Positions 26,070-34,673 are shown, numbered from the stretch's first letter. The stretch is DNA of 34,675 nt from Corallococcus sp. CA053C (GCF_003611675.1 NZ_RAWA01000053.1:1-34675); one strand, 5' to 3'. The notes: a model not told the origin generated them from the sequence alone. Numbers and translations: made by a program.

Positions 26070-26822
26070 CTACGGACAGGGGCCGGGCACCGTGCTCGTG
26101 CAGTTGGTGCACAGGCTGTGGGCGCAGGCCAGCCCATCGGCATCGGAGAACGCCGTGATGGTCACGGGCGCCGAGGGGTCGATCCCCGAGCCGGAGTTGC
26201 AGAAGTCGAGCTGCTTGATCGGGGTGTTGTCAGGGGCGAAATGCCCCCCGGCGGCCAGGACCTGGGATTGGACGCAATCCTTCGCGGCCTGCAGGCTGGT
26301 TCCGTTGATGGAGACCCAGGAGCCGCACTTCGTGCTGTCGGCGACCACCCCGATGGTGAAGGAGGTGGGGCCCATTCCGCACGTGGACGCGTTCGCCGCC
26401 ACGCACTTCTGGGTGTTGCCGTTGCACACCAGGCCGTTGCCGCACTGGCTGTTCTCGCAGCAGCTGTCGCCCACCTGGGTGCAGGCATTGGAGCAGACGG
26501 GGAAGGTGTGGTCCTCCTTGGGCTTCACGCACGCCGCCGTCCCATCGCAGCCCTGGTGGTCGCAGCAGACCATGCCGGGCTGGCCGCACGGGATGCAGCT
26601 GTTGGAGACACACTTGTTGTCCGGCTCATCGCAACCGAAGTTCCCGAGGAAGTTGTTGCACACTCCGCCGGGCGAGCCCTGGGCATGCCCTGGAATGGGA
26701 CAGGACCCGGGCTCTGGAAAGTGTTTACCGGCAACGCAGGGTTGCTGCAGGCAGCTCGCACAGCCCTGGAACAGGGTGAACACGAGCGCCATGAGCATGA
26801 GCTTGTTCTTACGCTTCATCAT
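26070..26822 (-). CDS. Secreted/lipoprotein-like cysteine-rich protein with two repeated Cys-rich modules
   Basis: Start MMKRKNKLMLMALVFTLFQGCASC (signal peptide, lipobox-like). Repeated modules CVSNSCIPCGQPGMVCCDHQGCDGTAACV and CSNACTQVGDSCCENSQCGNGLVCNGNTQKCV (C-x3/4-C...CC...C...C pattern). About 34 Cys in 250 aa. Local GC is slightly below surroundings. Confidence 0.6.
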   Translation of the reverse strand: MMKRKNKLMLMALVFTLFQGCASCLQQPCVAGKHFPEPGSCPIPGHAQGSPGGVCNNFLGNFGCDEPDNKCVSNSCIPCGQPGMVCCDHQGCDGTAACVKPKEDHTFPVCSNACTQVGDSCCENSQCGNGLVCNGNTQKCVAANASTCGMGPTSFTIGVVADSTKCGSWVSINGTSLQAAKDCVQSQVLAAGGHFAPDNTPIKQLDFCNSGSGIDPSAPVTITAFSDADGLACAHSLCTNCTSTVPGPCP

Positions 26823-26859
26823 GATGGAAATCCTTTGAGGGTGCGGGCTGGGAGGTGGA

Positions 26860-28668
26860 TCAAGGAAGGGTGAGCAGGTAGAGCGCCCGGTTGCCGTTGG
26901 CGGTCGCGTGCACCAGCACCTGATCCGCATCCGTGACGCGCAGGGCGTCCGTCACCACCACGCTGCCGGCCGGAGAGAGCCGGCGGTTGAGATCCACCAG
27001 CCCGTCCTCGCGGGTGTAGAGGAAGCCGCTCGTGCCGGTCCGCGAGGTGGCGGTGGCAGACACCCAGCCCCGGGCATTGATGGACGTGGCGCTGAGCCCG
27101 GTGAAGCCCGAAGGCACGCCGAGCAGGTGCACGGTGTCATCCGTGTCGATGACGGCCGCCGCGAGCACGGCGCCGGAGGAGTCCACGGAGTGGGCGACCA
27201 CCTGGCCCCGGTTGTTGACCGCCACGGGGACCGTCGTGGTGGCGCGCGAGAGCAGGGGAAGCGTGCGGAACACGCCCTCCGCCGTGAAGAGGAAGGCCCG
27301 CACGGCACCGTCCCGCTCGTAGGTGCCCACGACGTGTCCGGCCTCGCTCACCGCGAGCGCCTGGCTGGAGGTGGCGCCGGAGACCGGCAGCTCCTTCAGC
27401 GACCTGCCATCGTGGTACATGGCGACGCTGCCGGTGCGTGAGATGTGATTGCCAATGACCACGCCGCTCGCGGTGATGGCGGTGGGGGTGAAGGCACCGA
27501 GCACGAACGGGGCCGTGGGGCCGCCCTCCAGGCTGGCCTTGAACGCCACCGGGGCGTCGCCCGCGTGGACGACCATTGAACCGGTGATGAGCCCGCTGTC
27601 CGTCATGTCCACGGCGCTCACCGAGGCCACGTCGAACACGCTGGAGAGGCGGCGGAGCTGGCTGCCATTGAAGTACACATCCACGCCCTGCACGCGGATG
27701 AGGCCCTGGCCCCGGATGCCCAGGTCGGTGAGCTCCGAACAGTTGATGCATCCCAGGAGCAGGTCCGGGACGTAGGCCCGCACGTCGAACGGGTCGTTCC
27801 GGTTGCCGCCGTCTTCACAGTCCGCCCGGGGGAAGATCTGCACCATGCGGGAGAAGATGGAGCCCGCGGAGGACGCGACCACGTTCACCTGGCCGGTGAA
27901 GTCAGGCCCCACCGCGGCCTTGAACGACGCGGAGGATTGACCGCCGGCGACGGTGATGTTGGGCGGGACCTTGAGCCCCTTGGGGTAGGCGCTCACGAAG
28001 TCGACCTTCGTGCCCCCCGAAGGCGCGAACCCGGTGAGGAACGCGGTCATCGGCAGGTAGGTGGTCACCGACGAGGAGCAGACCTTGGCCGTGCCGGGGA
28101 CGTAGAAACCGGCGAGGCCGGGCTGGGGGATTCCGCCCAGCCCGCGGAAGTAGTCGACCATGACGAGCCGCGAGAAATCGATGCCAAGCGCGCCCTCTCC
28201 CTCCACGAGGATCCAGGAGCCGGGAGACTGGGTGAGCAGCACGTCGCTCAGGCAGGGCTGGAAGCCGCAGAGCGGGTGATTGCTGCCGGAGAGCAGCGTC
28301 GCGTTGACGATGAGCAACCCGGAGACGTGGTTGACGTCGGTGGTGCCATCGACGGCGATGGGAGGATTGAACGTCTGGTTGAACGTCCAGAGGATGGAGT
28401 TGCCGGTCTGCACGCCCGTCAGGTGGACGGACTGGGAGAAGTTCAGCCCCAGGTCCGCGCCCGTGACGGTGATGTCGAGCGTGTCAGCGGCCTTGGGGAT
28501 CCGGAAGCCGGCGAGGGAGTAGAGCTGTCCGTCCATGACCGCCGCGGCGGCGGTCAGCTGGACGTCCGTGCCCTTCTTGAAGTCTTCGACCGCGCCGGCC
28601 CACGCAGAGGGGGCAAGGCACAGCGAGGCCAGGGCGCCAAAGGCACCGAGGGAGAGTCTTTGTGACAT
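26860..28668 (-). CDS. Secreted HAF-family extracellular repeat protein
   Basis: Signal peptide MSQRLSLGAFGALASLCLAPSAWA. The C-terminal half carries ~35-40-aa repeats with an N..G.VVG..........A(F/Y) pattern (ASGVVIGNHISRTGSVAMYHDG; SEAGHVVGTYERDGAVRAFLFT; NNRGQVVAHSVDSSG; INARGWVSATATSRTGTSGFLYT) typical of HAF repeats. It is 37 bp upstream of the Cys-rich gene on the same strand, so the two are probably an operon. Confidence 0.6.
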   Translation of the reverse strand: MSQRLSLGAFGALASLCLAPSAWAGAVEDFKKGTDVQLTAAAAVMDGQLYSLAGFRIPKAADTLDITVTGADLGLNFSQSVHLTGVQTGNSILWTFNQTFNPPIAVDGTTDVNHVSGLLIVNATLLSGSNHPLCGFQPCLSDVLLTQSPGSWILVEGEGALGIDFSRLVMVDYFRGLGGIPQPGLAGFYVPGTAKVCSSSVTTYLPMTAFLTGFAPSGGTKVDFVSAYPKGLKVPPNITVAGGQSSASFKAAVGPDFTGQVNVVASSAGSIFSRMVQIFPRADCEDGGNRNDPFDVRAYVPDLLLGCINCSELTDLGIRGQGLIRVQGVDVYFNGSQLRRLSSVFDVASVSAVDMTDSGLITGSMVVHAGDAPVAFKASLEGGPTAPFVLGAFTPTAITASGVVIGNHISRTGSVAMYHDGRSLKELPVSGATSSQALAVSEAGHVVGTYERDGAVRAFLFTAEGVFRTLPLLSRATTTVPVAVNNRGQVVAHSVDSSGAVLAAAVIDTDDTVHLLGVPSGFTGLSATSINARGWVSATATSRTGTSGFLYTREDGLVDLNRRLSPAGSVVVTDALRVTDADQVLVHATANGNRALYLLTLP

Positions 28669-28782
28669 GGGGAAGCGCTCCTGGGGGTGAACGGATTGCG
28701 CTCAACTCCAGTGCACCCCACGTGCCGGTCCCTGGAAGCCCTCGCTCACGGGGCTTCCGCGGGGAGGGCCAGCAAGGCGCCC

Positions 28783-28829
28783 GGCAAGGCTTGCCATCCG
28801 GGGGCGGGAGCTGCTGGCAAGGCTTGCCA
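28783..28829. promoter_or_regulatory. Two copies of a 15-bp palindrome (T/C)GGCAAG-G-CTTGCCA spaced 33 bp apart, plus a degenerate third copy at 28771-28778, in a 263-bp intergenic region. Candidate tandem operator for a dimeric regulator.
   Basis: ggcaaggcttgcc at 28783-28795 and tggcaaggcttgcca at 28815-28829. The arms GGCAAG/CTTGCC are perfect reverse complements. The centre-to-centre spacing is about three helical turns. Confidence 0.35.
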
Positions 28830-28965
28830 GAGTCACCCACCGCCGCGAAGGACATCCCACCCCGGAGGAGCTGCGGAACTTCCTGAAGTGGGGGAGGCGA
28901 ATCTCCGGAACGTGCGGTATCTCAAGGGCCATTGCCGGGTGAAACCGCGGTAGGGAGCCAGGGAG

Positions 28966-29076
28966 ATGAAGCCTCAGGAGCGCTACCGATTGGACACGCA
29001 GCGCCTGGGCGCTGGGGGGTATGGCACGGTGCTGCGTGCCACTCACAAGGAGACGGGCCAGACGGTCGCCCTCAAT
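28966..29076 (+). pseudogene. N-terminal remnant of a Ser/Thr protein kinase gene (glycine-loop subdomain I only), truncated at a junction with low-GC DNA
   Basis: MKPQERYRLDTQRLGAGGYGTVLRATHKETGQTVAL is a canonical STK start (Y.L...LG.GG.G.V..A........VAL). The expected invariant Lys codon is missing (gtc gcc ctc aat tgg...) and the frame runs into unrelated sequence and a stop. No kinase catalytic region follows anywhere downstream. Confidence 0.45.
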
Positions 29077-29633
29077 TGGAGAGAAACACCGAGGTCATCT
29101 CCACCCTGGAGCGTTTGCTCTTCATCACCACACGGGAGTGGACGTACTTTGAAGGGGCGGCGCATGGCAACACCGTCTTCGACTTCTATGTCTACGACGC
29201 CGCTTCGAAAACACGGGTAGATGTCTTGTCGGCGCAGGAACTGGAACCCGCGTTTCGTGAAGAGCGGGACCTGGCGTTCGAGAAACTCCGCGAGCACGAC
29301 TCGTTCAATTCCTTTGAAGAGTTCACCCCGGATGATGTCTCACTGACGCTCTACCGGCCCTTCTACGACGGGTCTGGAAGACTGAAGCTGGAACTGCAGT
29401 TCACGGCTTCGACCGCCTATGGGGCTTCGGATGGCCAGTGGTCGTCCTATACCTACTCTGTCCGGCTCACGAGCCCTCGCATTCCCGCCGCCCTCCAGGA
29501 GTTCGTGTCTCCTCCTGATGCGCTGGCCACGTATCTCGCCGCGACGGGGACGGCGCGCAGGATGGGATGGAGCACCGTGGGGCCCAGCCCGGCGACGAGG
29601 GCATGGCTGAGAGACGTGGTCGTACAGCGCTGA
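29077..29633 (+). CDS. Hypothetical protein encoded in a low-GC (~56%) segment, probably horizontally acquired. The start is uncertain. The track ORF 28932..29633 reads through the kinase remnant in another frame, and a TTG at 29077 is one candidate start.
   Basis: A long uninterrupted frame with A/T-ending codons (ttt, gaa, aaa, ttc) unlike the host bias: TREWTYFEGAAHGNTVFDFYVYDAASKTRVDVLSAQELEPAFREERDLAFEKLREHDSFNSFEEFTPDD... No family is recognised. The GC drop spans about 29075-29520. Confidence 0.35.
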
Positions 29634-29853
29634 TAACTGACGGGATGCTTCCCGCGAGCGGTACGCGTGCGAGGCGGAGTCCCGGCGCGGGGTGAGCGCG
29701 TCGCGGGTGGTGACTGGTGTCATCAAGGGCTGACTCCCGTCATCAGGGACGGGGGCCTGGTTGGCCCCGCCGCGCCTCGCGCTTCGAGGCCGGGCGGAGG
29801 TCCGCCTCAAGGAGATCAAGCACTTGGCTTCGCGCGAGCGCCTTCCGAAGGGC

Positions 29854-29869
29854 TGGCATGTCTCCTGCT
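29854..29869 (+). promoter_or_regulatory. Sigma-54-like -24/-12 element (TGGCAT-N6-TGCT) ~50 bp upstream of the SLT-domain gene
   Basis: ctggcatgtctcctgctg: GG at 29855-56 and GC at 29867-68 with the canonical 12-nt spacing. The -12 element reads cTGC rather than TTGC. Confidence 0.2.
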
Positions 29870-29917
29870 GTAGGTGTTCGTCATTCAGCACCACTCACTT
29901 CCCCCGAGGAAAACCCC

Positions 29918-30709
29918 ATGGCCCTCTCGCCCCTGTCGAACCGCTCCGCCGCCTTCCGCGTCCCCTCTCAGGAGGTGGCTTCCCGCCCTGAAGGCGTGTC
30001 CAGCCCCCGCACCCAGGGGTGCATCAGCCAGAAGCCCACGTCGAACGTGGCGTCCCAGCTCCAGCAGGATGGCTTCAGCGCGGGCCCCCAGCAGGGTGCG
30101 CAGTTCAAGCAGTTCATGGAAGGCCTCACCGAGGTGATGAAGGATCTGGAGCAGCTCGCCCAGATGCTCCAGGCCGGCGGGATCGGTGAAGCTCCCTCCC
30201 TGGGCGGCGAGGAAGGAGCCGAGGCTTCGTCGGGCGTGTCCGGTGCGGAAGGTGCGGGCGGTCCGTCGAGCGCGGGTGACTCGTACGAGGCCGGGGCCTC
30301 CGAGGCGACCGGCTCCGCCGAGGCGGCCGGCTCCGCGGGTGAGGCTCCGCAGGGTCAGGTGGGTGACTGGATCAAGCAGGCCCAGAAGCTGCTCGCCGCC
30401 GCGGGCATCCCGGCCGACAAGATGAACGCCCAGGACATCGCGAAGATTGTCGAGCACGAGTCCAGCGGCAACCCCAGCGCCATCAACCTCACGGATCAGA
30501 ACGCCAAGGATGGCCACCCGTCCATCGGCCTGATGCAGACCATCCAGCCCACGTTCGATGCGTTCAAGCTCCCGGGCCACGACAACATCCGCAACCCGGT
30601 GGACAACATCGTCGCGGCCGTGCGCTACGCGGTGGACCGCTACGGCTCGGTGTCCAACACCCCGGGCATCAAGGGCCTCAACGGCGGCAGCGGCTACGTC
30701 GGCTACTAG
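29918..30709 (+). CDS. Lytic transglycosylase (SLT domain) protein with a long disordered N-terminal region and no signal peptide
   Basis: C-terminal domain: DIAKIVEHESSGNPSAINLTDQNAKDGHPSIGLMQTIQPTF...VDNIVAAVRYAVDRYG (E-S catalytic motif, GLMQ motif, AxxY motif). The N-terminal 170 aa is Gly/Ser/Ala/Glu-rich low complexity. The ATG at 29918 follows a good SD (cgaggaaaacccc). Confidence 0.75.
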   Translation: MALSPLSNRSAAFRVPSQEVASRPEGVSSPRTQGCISQKPTSNVASQLQQDGFSAGPQQGAQFKQFMEGLTEVMKDLEQLAQMLQAGGIGEAPSLGGEEGAEASSGVSGAEGAGGPSSAGDSYEAGASEATGSAEAAGSAGEAPQGQVGDWIKQAQKLLAAAGIPADKMNAQDIAKIVEHESSGNPSAINLTDQNAKDGHPSIGLMQTIQPTFDAFKLPGHDNIRNPVDNIVAAVRYAVDRYGSVSNTPGIKGLNGGSGYVGY

Positions 30710-30750
30710 AGGGACCCTTCCCCCAGCGCCGCGCTCGAGTCCGCGAGAGA

Positions 30751-30774
30751 CAGGCCCTGCCAGTCATGGGCCTG
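30751..30774. terminator. Hairpin between convergent SLT gene and small membrane-protein gene
   Basis: CAGGCCC (30751-57), a 10-nt loop, then GGGCCTG (30768-74). Confidence 0.25.
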
Positions 30775-30787
30775 CCGGGCGCGGCGG

Positions 30788-31150
30788 TCAGAGTCCTCCC
30801 ACCAGGTTGATCACCTTGCCGTCCTGAGCCACCACGCGCAGCCGGCTGAAGCCCCAGACCTTGCTGGTCTGCACGGCCTTCACCTCCAGGACGCCATCCT
30901 GCTTGCTGCCGGAGAGGTCGATCTTCATGTCGGCGACCGCGTCGTCGTCGCGCGACCGGGTGTTGCCTGAGAAGAAGAAGGCGCCGCTGACGGGCGCGCC
31001 CAGCGACTTGATGACCGACGGATGGTTCGTCACCCGGGCCAGCGCCTCGTCGTAGGGAAACTGGCTCCGGAACCACATGCCCCCGCAGCCGCAGCACATC
31101 AGCGGCAACCCCACGAGCGCTCCGAGGACCCACTTCATTGTCGGTGACAT
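30788..31150 (-). CDS. Small membrane-anchored hypothetical protein
   Basis: MSPTMKWVLGALVGLPLMCCGCGGMWF (N-terminal TM anchor) plus a ~90-aa soluble domain. The start is placed at the ATG at 31150, and the track ORF is extended to 31564. Confidence 0.45.
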   Translation of the reverse strand: MSPTMKWVLGALVGLPLMCCGCGGMWFRSQFPYDEALARVTNHPSVIKSLGAPVSGAFFFSGNTRSRDDDAVADMKIDLSGSKQDGVLEVKAVQTSKVWGFSRLRVVAQDGKVINLVGGL

Positions 31151-31307
31151 CTTCTGCTCCTGACCTGTTGGGAGAGGGAAGACCGGGGGTTCCGGGAACA
31201 CCCTATAGGCGCGTGCCCGTCGTGACAAAAATCGACGTGGAGGTCGGAGGAATTGGCGCGCCAACGAACGTTGAGATGCGGCATTCCTCTTCTTGGAAGG
31301 GCCGCGA

Positions 31308-32510
31308 ATGAGATGTCTTCTGCTCCTGCTCCCCTTGCTTTCGAGCTGCGCCTCGCTCTCCCGAGGCGCGGCGGCGCAGGAGGCCGTGGCGGTCTCTGAC
31401 ACCGACACCGACCGGATCGTTCGTGACCTCTGCGACAAGAGGCTTGCGCTGCTCGGCGAGGACTCCCACCACGGAAGCGGCAGGACCGTCGCCTTCAAGG
31501 CCGCGTTGACCCGCAGGCTCGTGGAGGAATGCCAATACGATGCCTTCTTCATCGAGGCAGGCATCTATGACTTCCTCCACATCCAGGAGCGGCTGGAGGC
31601 GGGCCAACCCGTCAGCGAGGACATGATCGCATCTGCGATTGGCGGGATGTGGGCCCATCAGGAGATGGCGCCCCTGATTCCGTTCCTGTCCGAGCGGCTC
31701 AATGCGGGAACCCTCGTCGCCGGGGGGCTGGATGATCAGATTGGCAGAGGCACCTACGCACAGCGCCAGATGGCGCGTGAGCTCATCCCCTCCCTGGAGG
31801 GCCCGAGGCGGGCCGAGTGCGGAGCGGAGATCGAGCGGCACATGGCCTGGCAGTACGACGACGCCCACCCGTACACGGCGGAGACCGCGAAGTTCATCCT
31901 GGGCTGTTGGAAGGAGTTGGAGGCGGCTGCGACACCGGGCACCCTGCAGAGGGTCCGCAACCTGGAACGGTATTTCGCCCGTCAAGTCGCTGACTTGTCC
32001 CAGGCTCCGGCGCAGCCCGGAGGGCCCCGGGATTGGAGCGGTTACAACGATCGTGATCGCTCCATGTTCATGAATCTGGAATGGCTGCTGTCCCAGTCAG
32101 CCAGGCCCCGGAAGGCCATTGTCTGGCTTGCCACCCTTCATGCCGCGAAAGACCTCAAGGGCCTGGATACGGACGAACGCCACAGGATTCCCTTCGGCTC
32201 CTATGTCCATGAGAAGTTCGGGGCCCAGTCCTTCGTGCTTGGCTTTTCCGCGCGCTCCGGGAGCTATTCGCGCGGCGGCAGTGCTCGCACCCAGGACCTT
32301 GCGCTCGCGGTGGCCGACTCCCTGGAGGACTGGGCGTTCTCGAACCACACCGGGGACACCCGGTATCTGGATGGACGCCAGCTTCGTGACTTCGGGTCCA
32401 GGGTGGCCCGTCCCTTGACCTACTCGTGGATGACGGCCTCGTGGGCAACGGTCATGGATGGGCTGCTGGTCTTTCGGGAAGAAGCCCCACCGCATCCGGT
32501 GACCCGCTAG
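31308..32510 (+). CDS. Erythromycin esterase (Ere) family protein, lipoprotein-type signal
   Basis: MRCLLLLLPLLSSCAS signal. LALLGEDSHHGSGRTVAFKAALTRRLVEECQYDAFFIEAG and later HAAKDL...GSYV match the Ere-family N- and C-terminal blocks. Confidence 0.7.
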   Translation: MRCLLLLLPLLSSCASLSRGAAAQEAVAVSDTDTDRIVRDLCDKRLALLGEDSHHGSGRTVAFKAALTRRLVEECQYDAFFIEAGIYDFLHIQERLEAGQPVSEDMIASAIGGMWAHQEMAPLIPFLSERLNAGTLVAGGLDDQIGRGTYAQRQMARELIPSLEGPRRAECGAEIERHMAWQYDDAHPYTAETAKFILGCWKELEAAATPGTLQRVRNLERYFARQVADLSQAPAQPGGPRDWSGYNDRDRSMFMNLEWLLSQSARPRKAIVWLATLHAAKDLKGLDTDERHRIPFGSYVHEKFGAQSFVLGFSARSGSYSRGGSARTQDLALAVADSLEDWAFSNHTGDTRYLDGRQLRDFGSRVARPLTYSWMTASWATVMDGLLVFREEAPPHPVTR

Positions 32511-32516
32511 CTTTCG

Positions 32517-33560
32517 TCACGAGGCGCCAAGCTGCCCGCGCGCCGCGTCGATGGTTTCGAGCAAGGCGATGCTGTGCTCGAGCGGATGCATCGGCGACTC
32601 CGTGTGTCCCTCGGCGATGTGCTGTGCGACGGCGGCGGCCTGGTAGGCGAGGCCCTCGCTGCCGTGGATGCCGGACGGGTCGGTCCAGCGCAGCCGCTGA
32701 TCCGACCTCGCGGCCTTCAACGTGAAGCCGCCGGGCGTGAAGAAGCGTGAGTCGAGCTGGAGGCGCGCGTGCGTGCCCGCGATGACGGCCTCCTGGGGCG
32801 TCTCCGCGAAGAGGGTGGTGTGCAGCAGCGCCTGGGCCCCCATGGCGTAGGTAAGGATGAGGGCCGCCTGCCCGTCCACACCTGTCTGCGTGAGCGAACC
32901 CGTGGCATGCACATGCGGGGGCGGGCCGAGCACGAAGTGCGCGAGCCAGATGGGATAGATGCCGATGTCGAGCAGCGCGCCGCCGCCGAGCGCGGGGTTG
33001 AAGACGCGCCCTTCGGGATCAAAGTCGAAGCGTCCACCGAAGTCCGCCGTGACGAGCCGGATGTCTCCGAGCACGCCTTCGCGCAGCAGCCGTTCAATGA
33101 GCACGGTCTGCGGGAGGAAGCGCGACCACAGGGCCTCCATGACGAAGACGCCCGCGGCGCGAGCGGCCCGCGCGATGTCCCGGGCCTCCGCGGCGTCGAG
33201 CGCGAGCGGCTTCTCCACGAGGACGTGCTTGCCGGCGGCGATGGCGAGCAGGGCCTGGCGCCTGTGCTCGCTGTGGGGCGACGCCACATAGACGATGTCG
33301 ACCTGCGGATCCGCGACGAGCTGCTCGTAGGACGCGTGGACGCGGGGGATGCCGTAGGTCGCGGCGAAGTGCTGGGCGCGCTCGGGCGAACGCGAGGCGA
33401 CCGCGTGGACGCGCTGGTCGGTGTGTCGGTGCAGGGCCCAGACGAAGCCTCCCGCGATCCGTCCGGGCGCGAGCACACCCCAGCGCAGCACGGGGCCTCC
33501 GCGCAGGGGAATGGTTTCGGCGGAGGGGAGGGTGGTCGGGAAGAGGCTCACGGACTGCAA
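32517..33560 (-). CDS. Gfo/Idh/MocA family NAD(P)-dependent oxidoreductase
   Basis: LRWGVLAPGRIAGGFVWAL Rossmann N-terminus, then VDIVYVASPHSEHRRQALLAIAAGKHVLVEKPLAL, the canonical family motif. Confidence 0.85.
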   Translation of the reverse strand: MQSVSLFPTTLPSAETIPLRGGPVLRWGVLAPGRIAGGFVWALHRHTDQRVHAVASRSPERAQHFAATYGIPRVHASYEQLVADPQVDIVYVASPHSEHRRQALLAIAAGKHVLVEKPLALDAAEARDIARAARAAGVFVMEALWSRFLPQTVLIERLLREGVLGDIRLVTADFGGRFDFDPEGRVFNPALGGGALLDIGIYPIWLAHFVLGPPPHVHATGSLTQTGVDGQAALILTYAMGAQALLHTTLFAETPQEAVIAGTHARLQLDSRFFTPGGFTLKAARSDQRLRWTDPSGIHGSEGLAYQAAAVAQHIAEGHTESPMHPLEHSIALLETIDAARGQLGAS

Positions 33561-33596
33561 TCTATCCGCGAGGCCTCATGGGAGGCGTGAACTCCT

Positions 33597-34673
33597 TCAG
33601 CCGCCCTTGGGCATCTTCAAGGCCATCGCCACCAGCGAGAGGGTCAGGTCCTCGGGCTGGTAGGGCTTGAACAGGTTCAGCGAGTCCCCGGTCGCATCCA
33701 TGTGATCCAGCCCCTGCAGGGTGACGGACTTGGAGCCCGGGATGAACGCGTCCTGCGGGAGCACCAGGCCGTCCGACTTCACGCCGTAGCGCTGGTGCAT
33801 GTACTCCTCGGTGGCGAACAGCGGCGAGGTGGGGTTGGCGGTGGTGGAGGCCATGCACACGGTGGGGATGCCCGCGGGCATCGGGTGCTCGGCCAGGAAC
33901 TTCTTGCGCGAGTCGTAGGTCAGGGCCTCACCGCCCTGCAGGCTGCCGCCAAGCGCCTCGATGGCGCCGCCCACGCCGTAGCGCACCAGCGGGTTGTCCA
34001 GCAGGTCCTGCGCCATGGGCGAGCCGCCGTACGGCGACTGGACGGTGACGAGGGCGCGCACGTGGTCCTTCAGCTCCGGGTACATCGCCAGCGCCCCCGC
34101 GGCGTCCAGGCCGCCCTTGCTGTGGCCGATCAGCACCACCTGCTTGCCGTTCTTGGAAGCCTCGAGCACCGCCTGACGGACGATGGCCGCGTTGTGCTCC
34201 ACGCCCATGTCCGTGTCCACGGGCACCCGGCCCACCTGCAGCCCCTGGGCCTCCAGCGCGTCCAGGTTCTTGTCCATGTACAGCTGCTTGGGCGCCGCGT
34301 CCGTGAACAGCCCACCCACCGCCAGGAACACGCAGTCCTTGGCCTCGGGAGGCATCACGTCCTGGCCTGCGCGCACCGCCTTGTCGAGCTTCTGGAACTC
34401 CGCCGTGGAGTCCTTGGCCGGCGGATACGCCTTCTGCATCCAGCCGATCTTGTCCGCCTCGCCCCTGCCCAGCCAGGGGATGGGAAGGCGCAGGCTGTTC
34501 ACCTGCGAGAGCGCGTTGCCCCGCTGCGCGCCCGCCGGAGCGGCCGTGGTGAAGCTGTCGCGCACCCCCAGTGCGTTGTAGCCCGTCGATGGCTTGGACC
34601 GGGTGGAGGCTTCCGGAGCGACCCGCGTCGGGGTGGGCGACGTGAGGCTGGAAGGACGCGTGACCTGGACCAT
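33597..34673 (-). CDS. Alpha/beta hydrolase (putative secreted lipase/esterase). The N-terminus may extend beyond the window end.
   Basis: GHSKGG nucleophile elbow (VVLIGHSKGGLDAAGA) in an alpha/beta-hydrolase context. The first Met codon sits 2 nt from the window edge. Confidence 0.6.
   Translation of the reverse strand: MVQVTRPSSLTSPTPTRVAPEASTRSKPSTGYNALGVRDSFTTAAPAGAQRGNALSQVNSLRLPIPWLGRGEADKIGWMQKAYPPAKDSTAEFQKLDKAVRAGQDVMPPEAKDCVFLAVGGLFTDAAPKQLYMDKNLDALEAQGLQVGRVPVDTDMGVEHNAAIVRQAVLEASKNGKQVVLIGHSKGGLDAAGALAMYPELKDHVRALVTVQSPYGGSPMAQDLLDNPLVRYGVGGAIEALGGSLQGGEALTYDSRKKFLAEHPMPAGIPTVCMASTTANPTSPLFATEEYMHQRYGVKSDGLVLPQDAFIPGSKSVTLQGLDHMDATGDSLNLFKPYQPEDLTLSLVAMALKMPKGG

Noticed and set aside
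24284-26143. 619-aa minus-strand ORF antisense to the LysM-peptidase gene
   Set aside because: R/A/G/V-rich junk translation. The plus strand encodes recognisable LysM and C39-like domains.
28815-28829. TGGCAAGGCTTGCCA as a sigma-54 promoter
   Set aside because: The GG-to-GC distance is 10 nt rather than the 12 nt required for -24/-12 elements. It is better explained as a palindromic operator.
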